A DNA stretch of 64,000 nt from an uncultured delta proteobacterium. Lineage in GTDB: Bacteria; Desulfobacterota; RBG-13-43-22. Location of the stretch: NCBI GenBank assembly GCA_963790475.1, contig CAWBOS010000010.1:1568001-1632000 (forward strand), written 5' to 3'. Shown piece after piece: positions 38,207 to 47,072 of the stretch. The first letter of the stretch is position 1, and the number at the start of each line of letters is the position of its first letter. The notes under the pieces were generated by a model that made no database searches, had not been told where the DNA came from, and saw nothing but the letters and a program-made list of their open reading frames with translations. The position numbers and the translations under genes are program-made.

Positions 38207-39502
38207 TTAATCCCGACATTCATGAAGATCCGTTCCCAACGTCGTTCCGCTCCAATACTTTCGTGGATCCGCGATACGGCCTTCAATAGCCGAAGCGGCC
38301 ACCGTGGCCGGAGATCCGAGGTAAACTTCGGACTCGGGTGACCCCATTCTTCCCCTGAAATTACGATTGGTGGAGGAGATGCAGACCTCTCCGGGACCGA
38401 TCAGCCCCATATGGCCTCCCGGGCAGGGGCCGCAGCCTGTGGGAGTAATATGCGCTCCCGCTTCCAGAAGTACCCGGATATAACCGGCCTTGTCGGCCTC
38501 AATAAGGACCTTGCGGGAAGCAGGGGTTACCAGAAGTCTGACCTTGGGGTTTACCTGATGACCCTTTAAAATTCCGGCCGCTACCTCCAGATCCTCCAGC
38601 CGGCCATTGGTGCATGAACCAAGAAAGGCCTGATCGATCAGGACATCCCCGATTTCCGAGACCGGTTTAGCGTTTCCGGGGTTGTGCGGGAGGGAAACCT
38701 GGGGTTCCACAGCGGTGATATCCAAGGTATAGCTCTCTTCATAAGAAGCATCGGGGTCAGGCCCGAATAGCGAAACCGGTTGGCGGGCCCGATCATGCAG
38801 GTAGTCGATCGTTTTTTGATCAGCCTCGAAAAAGGCAAACTTGGCCCCAATCTCCACACCCATATTGGACAGGGTCATCCGACTGGCAATGCTCATTTGG
38901 TTCGCCAGGGGTCCGCTGAATTCGATGGCTCGGTATTGGGCAACCTCGGTCCCGAACCGTCCGGCTATATAAAGCATCAGATCCTTGGACATCAAAGCCG
39001 GTCCAGGGGTACCGGTGAGCCGGAAACGAATCGTCGGTGGAACCCGCATCCACAATTCCCCCGTGGCCAGCACATAATTCATTTCAGTAACCCCGATCCC
39101 GGCACTGGCCGCGCCCAAGGCGCCGTAGGTGGTCGTGTGGGAATCCGTACCCAGGATCAATTGGCCCGGGATGACGAATCCCTCTTCGACCATGACCTGG
39201 TGACAGATCCCGGCAAAACCCAGGTAATGACGAATTTTGAACTCCTCGACCATCTGCCGGATAATGATCTGCCCTTGTGCCATTCTCACGGTGGGTGCCG
39301 GGAAATAGTGATCCACAATGACCACGACCCGCTCCGGGTCAAAGAGTTTCTTGACCCCCATCCCCTTAAGGGTCAGACCATTCATGGCAAAGGCGTCGTG
39401 GCACATCATCCGGTCAATGACGGCGGTCACGTACTGTCCCGCTTGAACCTCAGTCTGTCCGGAGGCCCTGGCCAGAACTTTCTCGGCCATAGTCATTCCC
39501 AT
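38207..39502 (-). CDS. LeuC/HacA/DmdA-like hydratase large subunit
   Basis: GICHQ, GTDSHT..YGA, GSCTNGR.EDL, GCGPC.G, STNRNF.GRMG. Confidence 0.92.
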   Translation of the reverse strand: MGMTMAEKVLARASGQTEVQAGQYVTAVIDRMMCHDAFAMNGLTLKGMGVKKLFDPERVVVIVDHYFPAPTVRMAQGQIIIRQMVEEFKIRHYLGFAGICHQVMVEEGFVIPGQLILGTDSHTTTYGALGAASAGIGVTEMNYVLATGELWMRVPPTIRFRLTGTPGPALMSKDLMLYIAGRFGTEVAQYRAIEFSGPLANQMSIASRMTLSNMGVEIGAKFAFFEADQKTIDYLHDRARQPVSLFGPDPDASYEESYTLDITAVEPQVSLPHNPGNAKPVSEIGDVLIDQAFLGSCTNGRLEDLEVAAGILKGHQVNPKVRLLVTPASRKVLIEADKAGYIRVLLEAGAHITPTGCGPCPGGHMGLIGPGEVCISSTNRNFRGRMGSPESEVYLGSPATVAASAIEGRIADPRKYWSGTTLGTDLHECRD

Positions 39503-39529
39503 AGGACGCCCTCCCCTTCTACTGAATTT

Positions 39530-39803
39530 CGCACCGGTTTATCCTTTCAAAATTCGAATACTTTTTTTAGACAGGATTTACCGGATTCCCCGGATTTTTG
39601 TGCCTTTCGACCTGTCTGCAAGCTAGCACGCAGACAAGCGGGGGGAAGAAAGGCACAAACTGAATCGTTCTCTGGACAGAAGCCTGAACTACCGCCAGAA
39701 GCGGATCGAAGTTGCTCAGGGTCCTCAGGAACCTGAGCAAAAGGCATGTAAATCCTGTTAATCCTGTCAGGTAAAGATTTTTCCCATAAGACAAAGCGTC
39801 GCA
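39530..39803 (-). mobile_element. ACAGGATT-armed MITE-like element, copy 1
   Basis: Inverted homolog of 59472-59710; contains extra CTGTCTGC...GCAGACA palindrome. Confidence 0.8.
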
Positions 39804-39830
39804 TAATTTCTTTTTTCATGGATCCCAACA

Positions 39831-40760
39831 TTAAGGTCGATAACCAACGGTCTCCCGGTATTTGCGTTGGACCTCTTCATCAGGCAGAAACAATTCTTCA
39901 TATTTTTTGATTTCCGGAAATCCGATAAATTGGTGAAAATTGCGAATCGGATGGTCCTTCAGTCCCCGGCCGAATTCCCTTAAAAATTCCGTGCCGCCGG
40001 ATTGAAGTCCGTGCATAAAATCCCACATGGCCCTGGCCGCGGCCACAAAAGCGCCTCCGGCGATCTCGACCATAGCGACGCCCAGGGCCTTGAGATCCGG
40101 CATAGGCAGCATAGGAGAAACGCCGGTCATATTGTATAAAATAGGGGCCCGGATTTCTTTGACGCTGCGTTCCAAATCTTCCACACTGGTCAGGCCATCA
40201 GGAAAGATCACATCCGCCCCGGCATCCCGATAGGCCCGACCTCGCCGGATCACCTCTTCCATACTTCCCCCTAACGCTCCCCGGGCATCGGTGCGGGCAA
40301 TCAGGACAAAATCAGGGTCAAGTTGACGGCGCACCTTATCAGCCGCTTTATATTTCCCAACGGCTTCTTCGATGGGAATCAATTGTTTCCCGGCTACGTA
40401 GCCACAGCGTTTCGGGGCGACCTGATCCTCCAGGTGGATGCCAGCTACACCCGCCTTGATGAATTCCTCCGTGGTGCGCATGACATTGATTGCGTTCCCA
40501 TATCCGGTGTCTGCATCACTGAAAACCGGGATATTCACCGCGCCGGCGATATTACGAGCGACACCTACCACTTCAGACATTGTCGTCAATCCCACATCGG
40601 GTTTTCCAATCAGAGAGGCCGAGACGCCATACCCGCTGATGGCCATCAACTTGAAACCCGCCTGTTCAATAATTTTAGCCGATAGGGCGTCATAAGCTGC
40701 GGGAGCGATGAGCAGTTCCTGGCCTGCTAATAATTCTCGAAATCTATGGCTTTGCTTCAT
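39831..40760 (-). CDS. isocitrate lyase/PEP mutase family C-C lyase (PrpB/Dml-like)
   Basis: YDALSAK, DADTGYG, EDQ..PKRCGY, IARTDA. Confidence 0.9.
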   Translation of the reverse strand: MKQSHRFRELLAGQELLIAPAAYDALSAKIIEQAGFKLMAISGYGVSASLIGKPDVGLTTMSEVVGVARNIAGAVNIPVFSDADTGYGNAINVMRTTEEFIKAGVAGIHLEDQVAPKRCGYVAGKQLIPIEEAVGKYKAADKVRRQLDPDFVLIARTDARGALGGSMEEVIRRGRAYRDAGADVIFPDGLTSVEDLERSVKEIRAPILYNMTGVSPMLPMPDLKALGVAMVEIAGGAFVAAARAMWDFMHGLQSGGTEFLREFGRGLKDHPIRNFHQFIGFPEIKKYEELFLPDEEVQRKYRETVGYRP

Positions 40761-40777
40761 GCCGGGGCCTTTCCTTA

Positions 40778-41965
40778 TTATATAATCTTCTCCTGCCGTA
40801 ACTGGTCCATATCTTCCTTCGAGTAACCCAAAAGCTGAGATAGAACCTCTTCCGTATTTTCCCCCATAACCGGAGGATAGGTGTATTTTGTTCTCAATTC
40901 CGATGGTGTCCCCGACATTTTGACGGGGTTCCCGGTTTGTTTGATCCGCCCGCCCGAACCGTTTTCAATAGTGGCCACCATGTCTGTGGCTGCTACCTGG
41001 GGATCGGCCAGGGCCTTGTCCAGGGTATTCACCGGCCCACAGGGCACATCGGCCTCGATGAGTATCCTCATCCACTCCTCGGTCCCTTTGGTGAGAAAAA
41101 TTTCCTGAAGGACTGAATTCCTCTTCCTTTTATTTTCAAGAGTGGATGGTCCGGTAAAGAGGGGCTCCTTAAGCAGGTCTTCCTGGCCCATGGCCTTAAA
41201 CAAACGGGGGTATTTGTCTCCCACGGCGGCAATGGTGATGTAGCCGTCCGCAGTCTGGAAGGCCTGATAAACCGGGAGAACGCGGTGCCCGGATCCTACC
41301 GGTCCCGGCACTTCACCGGAAGCGAAATAAATGCTGGCCTCATAAGCGAGCATGGCCAATGTGGCCTCAAAAAGGGAAGTCTCCACTTTTTGCCCTACTC
41401 CGGTGCGTTCCCGGGCATAAAGGGCGGCCAGGATACCATGAGCGGCAAACATTCCGGCACCCAGATCACTGACGGCGATTCCCGCCCTGACCGGGGGCCG
41501 GCCTTCCTCTCCGGTAATACTCATGGAGCCGGTGATGGCCTGAATGATCACGTCGTATGCCGGCCGGTCCCGATAGGGGCCGCTGGAGCCGAAGCCACTG
41601 ATCGAGCAACAGATAATCCGGGGGTTGATCTTCTGGAGGGTTTCATAATCCATTTTGAGCCTCTCCAGGACGCCGGGCCTGAAATTGTCAAAGACGACGT
41701 CCGATACCTTTACCAGATCATAGAAGATCTCCCTTCCCTTTTCCGTTCGGGTGTCCAGGGTGATGCTCTTCTTGCTGCGGTTGATGCTCATATTGTAGGC
41801 ATCCTGCCCTCTATAGGCAGTCGGTCCGCTGAACCCTCTATTAGCGGCCACGGCCTCTATCTTGATAATCTCCGCCCCCAGATCTCCCAAAATCATGGCA
41901 CCAAAGGGGCCGGCTAAGGCACGGGTTAAATCGAGAATTCTTACATTGGCTAATGCCGTTTCCAT
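40778..41965 (-). CDS. CaiB/BaiF family III CoA transferase
   Basis: LDLTRALAGP, LGAEIIKIE, NRSKKS, NFRPG, ISGFG.SGP...RPAYD. Confidence 0.93.
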   Translation of the reverse strand: METALANVRILDLTRALAGPFGAMILGDLGAEIIKIEAVAANRGFSGPTAYRGQDAYNMSINRSKKSITLDTRTEKGREIFYDLVKVSDVVFDNFRPGVLERLKMDYETLQKINPRIICCSISGFGSSGPYRDRPAYDVIIQAITGSMSITGEEGRPPVRAGIAVSDLGAGMFAAHGILAALYARERTGVGQKVETSLFEATLAMLAYEASIYFASGEVPGPVGSGHRVLPVYQAFQTADGYITIAAVGDKYPRLFKAMGQEDLLKEPLFTGPSTLENKRKRNSVLQEIFLTKGTEEWMRILIEADVPCGPVNTLDKALADPQVAATDMVATIENGSGGRIKQTGNPVKMSGTPSELRTKYTYPPVMGENTEEVLSQLLGYSKEDMDQLRQEKII

Positions 41966-42007
41966 TCCATCATTTCCTTTCTATTTTTCATTTGAGAATA
42001 AAACTCT

Positions 42008-42086
42008 TTGTATCTGTTTAGCTTTTTGAAATCCAAAATACTTTTTAATCCTGTCAGATATTTTCTTATAATGCTAAAGCGTCACT
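42008..42086 (-). mobile_element. internally collapsed copy of the ACAGGATT-armed element
   Basis: Both outer flanks of 39530-39803 joined through a single AATCCTGTCAG. Confidence 0.6.
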
Positions 42087-42118
42087 TTTATCTATTTTGA
42101 AGTCTCATCTTTTAAATC

Positions 42119-43462
42119 CTACAGGGACTCTATGAAATCTTTCATACTCTTCCTGTCTTCGAGGATGAGGATGGCCTTCATCACTTCTTCGGACTGCTTC
42201 CGGCCTAAGACAGGAACACATAAATCCATGAATTTGGCTTGCACTTTTTTCCTTTTCGTTTCCAGCTCGGGGATTTCATTCATGATGTCATTAAAACCCT
42301 GAAGCCTTTTGCCTGAAAGAGTCTCAACCTCCACCTTGGCCGCTAAGCCCAAGATGCTCGAATCCGGCACGGCCACAATGGATATCTTTTCCATCAAAGA
42401 CTTTATCTGAGGGTCATTGACCTTTTCATCCGTAAAGGCCTGCATGCCCGTGTCTCCTCTTAAAAGGGCATTGGCCACACAATAATAAATACTAAACTTT
42501 CCTTCCAGACCGGTTTTCGGCGTCTTTTTTCCGGCAATATTAATGGCCGTCTGGGTGGTGTGGATGATTATGGATTTAATATCCGGAACAGTTAAATGGT
42601 CCTTGGTTACCATATTAAGCACCGCCTCGATAGCTGAATGAGTTCCGTGGCAGGAAGCATGATATTTCTGGGCCAATTTCTCCGTATCCCAGGTTTTCCC
42701 CAGCGAATCAACGGCTTTTGGGTTCACCCTGCCCTTTAAAAGCTGGAAAAATCCGTCCGGCCCTTCCAGGATATCTTCGGCGGAAGTAAATCCCTCACTC
42801 CCCAGCAAAACCGATTCCAATCCTACCTGGGAGGCCTTTCCGGCATGATAGGGCTTGCACATGGTGCCGAATACCCTCTTTAACCCGGCGGCCTGGGTCC
42901 CGGCAATGCCCAGGGCGTAAACCGTCTGTTGTTCATTTAAGCCCAACAATCGGGCACAGCCGGCGGCCGAAGCCAGACGACCGATGGTCGATGTTCCATG
43001 CCATCCAGCCCCATAATGTTCTAACCCGGCACAGGCCCCGATAACCGCCCCGGCTTTAAGGCCGATAATGTAAGCCGATAAGAATTCGAACCCGCTTTTC
43101 TCCTTCCATTCGGAAAGGGCCAGCAAGGCCGGAAACAAGGTCACCGAAGGATGGCCCTGGAACTGGGCCATGGTATCGTCATAATCCAGGGCATGAGACA
43201 TGGCCCCATTGATCAGGGCCGCCTGGCTGACATTGGTTCTCTGTCCATGGCCCAGGATAGTCGCCTGGGCATTGCCGCCCATGAGGCTGTTATAATGGAG
43301 GAGCTTCAGCACCAGAGGCTCATCCTTTCCGGCCATCAGGACGGCGAACCAGTCCAGAAAGGCGACCTTGGCCTGTTCATAGCATTCCCGAGGAATGGAC
43401 GAAAGGTCGGCTTGGGTGATCAACCGGGCGATGGTTCTGGTCAATCCTAAAGTTGTTTCCAT
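42119..43462 (-). CDS. MmgE/PrpD family protein
   Basis: NG..SHALDYDD, GHPS, GWH.TST, GTMCKP.HAG, KYHASCH.TH, KFS..Y. Confidence 0.93.
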   Translation of the reverse strand: METTLGLTRTIARLITQADLSSIPRECYEQAKVAFLDWFAVLMAGKDEPLVLKLLHYNSLMGGNAQATILGHGQRTNVSQAALINGAMSHALDYDDTMAQFQGHPSVTLFPALLALSEWKEKSGFEFLSAYIIGLKAGAVIGACAGLEHYGAGWHGTSTIGRLASAAGCARLLGLNEQQTVYALGIAGTQAAGLKRVFGTMCKPYHAGKASQVGLESVLLGSEGFTSAEDILEGPDGFFQLLKGRVNPKAVDSLGKTWDTEKLAQKYHASCHGTHSAIEAVLNMVTKDHLTVPDIKSIIIHTTQTAINIAGKKTPKTGLEGKFSIYYCVANALLRGDTGMQAFTDEKVNDPQIKSLMEKISIVAVPDSSILGLAAKVEVETLSGKRLQGFNDIMNEIPELETKRKKVQAKFMDLCVPVLGRKQSEEVMKAILILEDRKSMKDFIESL

Positions 43463-43499
43463 GGGTTTGCTCCTTCGATACGAGAAAAAAAATTTTTAG

Positions 43500-43545
43500 C
43501 CTAAGGTTTGAGGCCTTTTACCTTACGCCTTACGCCTAACGCCTA
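43500..43545. repeat. heptamer-repeat remnant
   Basis: CCTTACG-CCTTACG-CCTAACG-CC. Confidence 0.5.
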
Positions 43546-43547
43546 TT

Positions 43548-44345
43548 TTATTTCCCTTTGAATTCCGGTTTTCGTTTTTGCATAAAGGCCTTCTGGGCTT
43601 CCTTGAGATCTTCGCTGTTAAAGGCCTGGGCGATAATTCCATTCGCCTCCCGGCGGTCTTCATCTGACAGGGTGATCGATTTAGACAACAGGTTCAAGAT
43701 GCGTTTCGTCCCTTTGACCGATAAAGGGGCATTGCCGGCAATTTCGCGAGCCATTTCATAGGCAAAGCTCTCCACTTCCTGTCGGGGCAGGAGATAATCC
43801 ACCAGGCCCATTTCCTTGGCCCTTTGGGCCGGATAATAACGACCGGTAAAAAATATTTCTCTGGTATTGGAAATTCCGATCACCTGGATGAAGCGCGTCA
43901 GACCGGAAAGCTGGTATACTAAACCCAGTTTGGCCGGGGGCATCCCCATCCGGATATCGTCGGCGCCGATCCGCAGGTCACAGCAGACGGCCAATTCGCA
44001 GCCGGCACCGAAGGCATAGCCATTTAACAGGGCTATAACCGGATAGGGAAAGTTGATGATGCTCTTGAGGGCCAGGTCCAGGGGGTTTTGATCTCTTAAT
44101 TTTTCCCTGGTTCGGGGTGAGACCTCGGTCGGAATAGCGGCAATATCGTATCCTGAGGAAAAGGCCTGATCACCGATACCCCGGACAACCAACGCTCTTA
44201 TGGCATCCTCCCGGGCGAAATCCTCCAGGGTCTGATGAATCCTGATCAACAGATCCGGAGAAAGGGAATTGCGCTTTTCGGGACGATTGAAGATCATGGT
44301 TGCCACCCGGTCTTTTTTTTCAATTAATAAAATATCTGTGCTCAC
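43548..44345 (-). CDS. enoyl-CoA hydratase/isomerase (crotonase family)
   Basis: NRPEKRN, AFSSGYDI, PVIALLNGYAFGAGCELA..CDLR, MPPAKLG. Confidence 0.92.
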   Translation of the reverse strand: MSTDILLIEKKDRVATMIFNRPEKRNSLSPDLLIRIHQTLEDFAREDAIRALVVRGIGDQAFSSGYDIAAIPTEVSPRTREKLRDQNPLDLALKSIINFPYPVIALLNGYAFGAGCELAVCCDLRIGADDIRMGMPPAKLGLVYQLSGLTRFIQVIGISNTREIFFTGRYYPAQRAKEMGLVDYLLPRQEVESFAYEMAREIAGNAPLSVKGTKRILNLLSKSITLSDEDRREANGIIAQAFNSEDLKEAQKAFMQKRKPEFKGK

Positions 44346-44366
44346 TTGGGCACCTCCTTAGAAAAT

Positions 44367-44503
44367 AGGGTTCAAGGATTCGAGGTTTCAAGGATTCAAG
44401 GGTTTTAATTTCCATGCCGTTCACTTGAAACCTTGACCCCTTGGCCCCTTGAGTCCTTTTTATGCTTTTTCTTCTCTAAACCTTAGACCTTGAACCTTAT
44501 ACC
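44367..44503. repeat. palindromic element with TCAAGG/CCTTGA tandem arms, plus heptamers
   Basis: GGTTCAAGGATTCGAGGTTTCAAGG...CTTGAAACCTTGACCCCTTGGCCCCTTGA; same family as 60605-60720. Confidence 0.75.
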
Positions 44504-44507
44504 TTTT

Positions 44508-44912
44508 TTATCCGTTGATCCGGACATGTTTCTTGATAGACTCGACCACCTGATTAATACTGGTTCCGGAAGTAAAAATTTCTTTTACCCCTAATTCCTT
44601 TAAGGCCGGGATATCCTCATCAGGAATCAACCCGCCTACCAGCAGGACCACATCATCGGCCCCCTGGGCCTTTAACCCCTCGGCCACTCGGCGGGTCAGG
44701 GCCAGGTGGGCCCCGGAGAGGATGGAAAGCCCTACTACGTCCACATCCTCCTGGATGGCTGCCCGGACAATGGAATCGGTGGTCTGTCGCAGCCCGGAAT
44801 AGATCACTTCAAAACCGGCGTCGCGCAAAGAATAGGCGATTACTTTGGCCCCTCGGTCGTGGCCATCCAATCCTGGCTTGGCCACCAGGACTCTGATTTT
44901 CTTTTCGGTCAT
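44508..44912 (-). CDS. cobalamin-binding small subunit of acyl-CoA mutase
   Basis: [12 protein letters not shown] (DxHxxG), [14 protein letters not shown]. Confidence 0.95.
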   Translation of the reverse strand: MTEKKIRVLVAKPGLDGHDRGAKVIAYSLRDAGFEVIYSGLRQTTDSIVRAAIQEDVDVVGLSILSGAHLALTRRVAEGLKAQGADDVVLLVGGLIPDEDIPALKELGVKEIFTSGTSINQVVESIKKHVRING

Positions 44913-44940
44913 CGTTGTTCTCCTTCAATCGTAATAGTTC

Positions 44941-45231
44941 AGCCACCAAGTCACTAAGCAACAAAGACCTGCGGGTCTGCAGGCAATAATTCTCTTGATC
45001 CCATTTTTAATGATAGGTTATCGGAATATCGACTTGCCTTTGGTATTTCAATTCTCGCTTGGATAGTTCATGACAAAAACAGACCTCATAGACCCTCTCA
45101 AGCAAACCCGGTCCTAATGTTTTATGTACTGTATAGGCAGCGTCCACAATTTTTTCAGCAATAAATTCTTCTCTTTCTGATAAGGGTTTAAACATCATAT
45201 CCATTCTTTGCGCCTTCGTGTCTTAGTGGCT
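44941..45231 (-). mobile_element. inverted-repeat-flanked GxxExxY cassette, internally deleted
   Basis: 27-bp imperfect IRs AGCCACCAAGTCACTAAGCAACAAAGA / TCTTTGCGCCTTCGTGTCTTAGTGGCT. Confidence 0.7.
44980..45204 (-). pseudogene. GxxExxY protein remnant
   Basis: VHKTLGPGLLERVYE...IPITY joined out of frame to C-terminal IKNGIKRII. Confidence 0.85.
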
Positions 45232-45241
45232 GAGGGTACCT

Positions 45242-47062
45242 TCAATCAAAAATAGGGTCACATTCAATCAAACCCACCGGAATACCGGTCACACGTTCAA
45301 TATCTTTATAGACTCGGCCGCTCAAATCCCTTCCCCATCCGCTCATATGGAAAGGAGAGGATGGAATGACCACCAGATCAGGCGACACCAGGCCCTCCCT
45401 TAAAAAATCTTTTACAGCGAAGATAAAATCTTCGACCATTAATAAATCACCCATAAAAATATTTCCCCCCAGGCACCGGTTGGGGGGAACACGCAGATGG
45501 AGCTTAATCTCGGCCGGAAAAGGGGTTTCTCTGATCCTTTTTTCCAGCGTGGGCCTAACCAGGGTGGAGGTTAGAATGAGGATCTCCCGGGCCTGTACCT
45601 TTAGAATCAGGTTTCTTAATCGTCCTGTCCAATCCAAGGGAATCCCGGAGGATGGAAAAACGCACCCGGCGTAGGGAACTATTTTAGGATCAAAAGGATA
45701 GGCAAAGTTGTTTAATTCCAGGGACAGATCGTCCGGCCCGTCCGGTCGGGCAACGGTCACCGAGACCCTTTCCAACAGGCTGCTCTGGACCAATCCCAGG
45801 AGGGAAAGGGCTTGGGGCCGGGTTTTGATCGGAAGGCCGTTGATAGCATTCAATCGATCGCCCATTCTCAGACCGGCTCCGGCTGCCGGAGAATTCTTGA
45901 TCACCCCGATCAGCCGAGGGGTGTCTACAGCCTCCGGGTCGAGATATTCTTCAAACAGGCCAGGCCGGATGATCAAAGGACAATCGGTCAGGGATCGAAG
46001 ATGTTGGATCTCGTCCTTCACTCGATTCCAGACCTCTTCCCGATCAAAAAGGGTCTCCTTGGAAAACAGCCCTGAGTACCCCGGCAAACTAATTTGAATA
46101 AAGGCCGGGTTGAATTGGGCCGAAAAGGCCACGGTATGGACCAGGTCCTCCACCATTTCTTCAACGGAAGGAAAAGGCCAGGGGACAATGACCACCGAAT
46201 AAGGGATGAGCGCCGATTGGAGGGCCGCCGGAGCACTTAAAGCCGTTTCCGGGTGAAGGTCTCTCATCAGCCAGCGTCGTCGGCTGGCAGAACTGCTGTT
46301 CAAAGAGATATCGACAAACAAAGGCCGGAATTGCGCCAGGGCGGTTATGATCGCCGGGGTGAGTTGCGCGCCGTTAGTCGGGATGCGCAGGACCTCAGCG
46401 GTTTTTTTACGAAGGGCGGCCAGGATCTCCAGGATATGGGGATGGGTCAGCATCTCACAGGGACTACCCACGTCCGGGAAAAAACCCATCTTAGATCCGG
46501 GCACATAACAGGTGATGCGGGCCAGAATTTCCTGAAATTCTTCCTCGGCACTGCCGGGGTTTTCTTGAAAGGCCGGGGGGCTGCCGAGGTTATAACAAAA
46601 AAGGCACCTGAGATTGCAGCGGGTGGCAGCCTGGGCCAGGATGTCGGAGGCCCCGCCTCCTGGTCTCAGCCATCGGGCTGGTTTTCTTAAACGAAAACCG
46701 TCAATCTGAACTGGCTCATTATGGAACTCAAATTCGACTACCGACAAGAGCGATTCTATTAATTTTCGGATGTAGGTCAGGCGTGGCTCATAGATATCCA
46801 GACGATTATCGGACCGGCGGAAATCGCAGGTTTCATCAATAAAAAGTGGATGAACCAAATCGGGTCCGCCAAGAGACCGGTATCCATCGATGCGGACCTC
46901 TTCCCCTTTCCAGGTGGGAGTTAGCAGGTCCAGGAGGGCGCGAAGGTGCCGGCCCGGCAGGTCAATCAGGTTCAACCGGGCCGCATACGAGTTGTCATCA
47001 ATGGGGTATCGGAAGAGATATTCTTTGTCTTCGTCGGGCGTCCGGCCTCGATTTAATTCCAT
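45242..47062 (-). CDS. radical SAM protein with PDZ and DUF512-like domains
   Basis: CNLRCLFC, TNG..LT, ISLNS, GV..NSPA..AGL..GD.L..ING (PDZ), N..LGGNI..GDLL...D. Confidence 0.85.
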   Translation of the reverse strand: MELNRGRTPDEDKEYLFRYPIDDNSYAARLNLIDLPGRHLRALLDLLTPTWKGEEVRIDGYRSLGGPDLVHPLFIDETCDFRRSDNRLDIYEPRLTYIRKLIESLLSVVEFEFHNEPVQIDGFRLRKPARWLRPGGGASDILAQAATRCNLRCLFCYNLGSPPAFQENPGSAEEEFQEILARITCYVPGSKMGFFPDVGSPCEMLTHPHILEILAALRKKTAEVLRIPTNGAQLTPAIITALAQFRPLFVDISLNSSSASRRRWLMRDLHPETALSAPAALQSALIPYSVVIVPWPFPSVEEMVEDLVHTVAFSAQFNPAFIQISLPGYSGLFSKETLFDREEVWNRVKDEIQHLRSLTDCPLIIRPGLFEEYLDPEAVDTPRLIGVIKNSPAAGAGLRMGDRLNAINGLPIKTRPQALSLLGLVQSSLLERVSVTVARPDGPDDLSLELNNFAYPFDPKIVPYAGCVFPSSGIPLDWTGRLRNLILKVQAREILILTSTLVRPTLEKRIRETPFPAEIKLHLRVPPNRCLGGNIFMGDLLMVEDFIFAVKDFLREGLVSPDLVVIPSSPFHMSGWGRDLSGRVYKDIERVTGIPVGLIECDPIFD

Positions 47063-47072
47063 CTTGAAATCC

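Noticed and set aside
37468-39502. Leucine biosynthesis leuCD
   Set aside because: No leuA or leuB nearby; short HacA/DmdA-type length and a catabolic operon context, so no gene symbol was given.
38780-39831. ORFs 38780-39736 (+), 39547-39831 (-) and 39567-39794 (-)
   Set aside because: Antisense to the LeuC-like gene or read through a palindromic repeat element.
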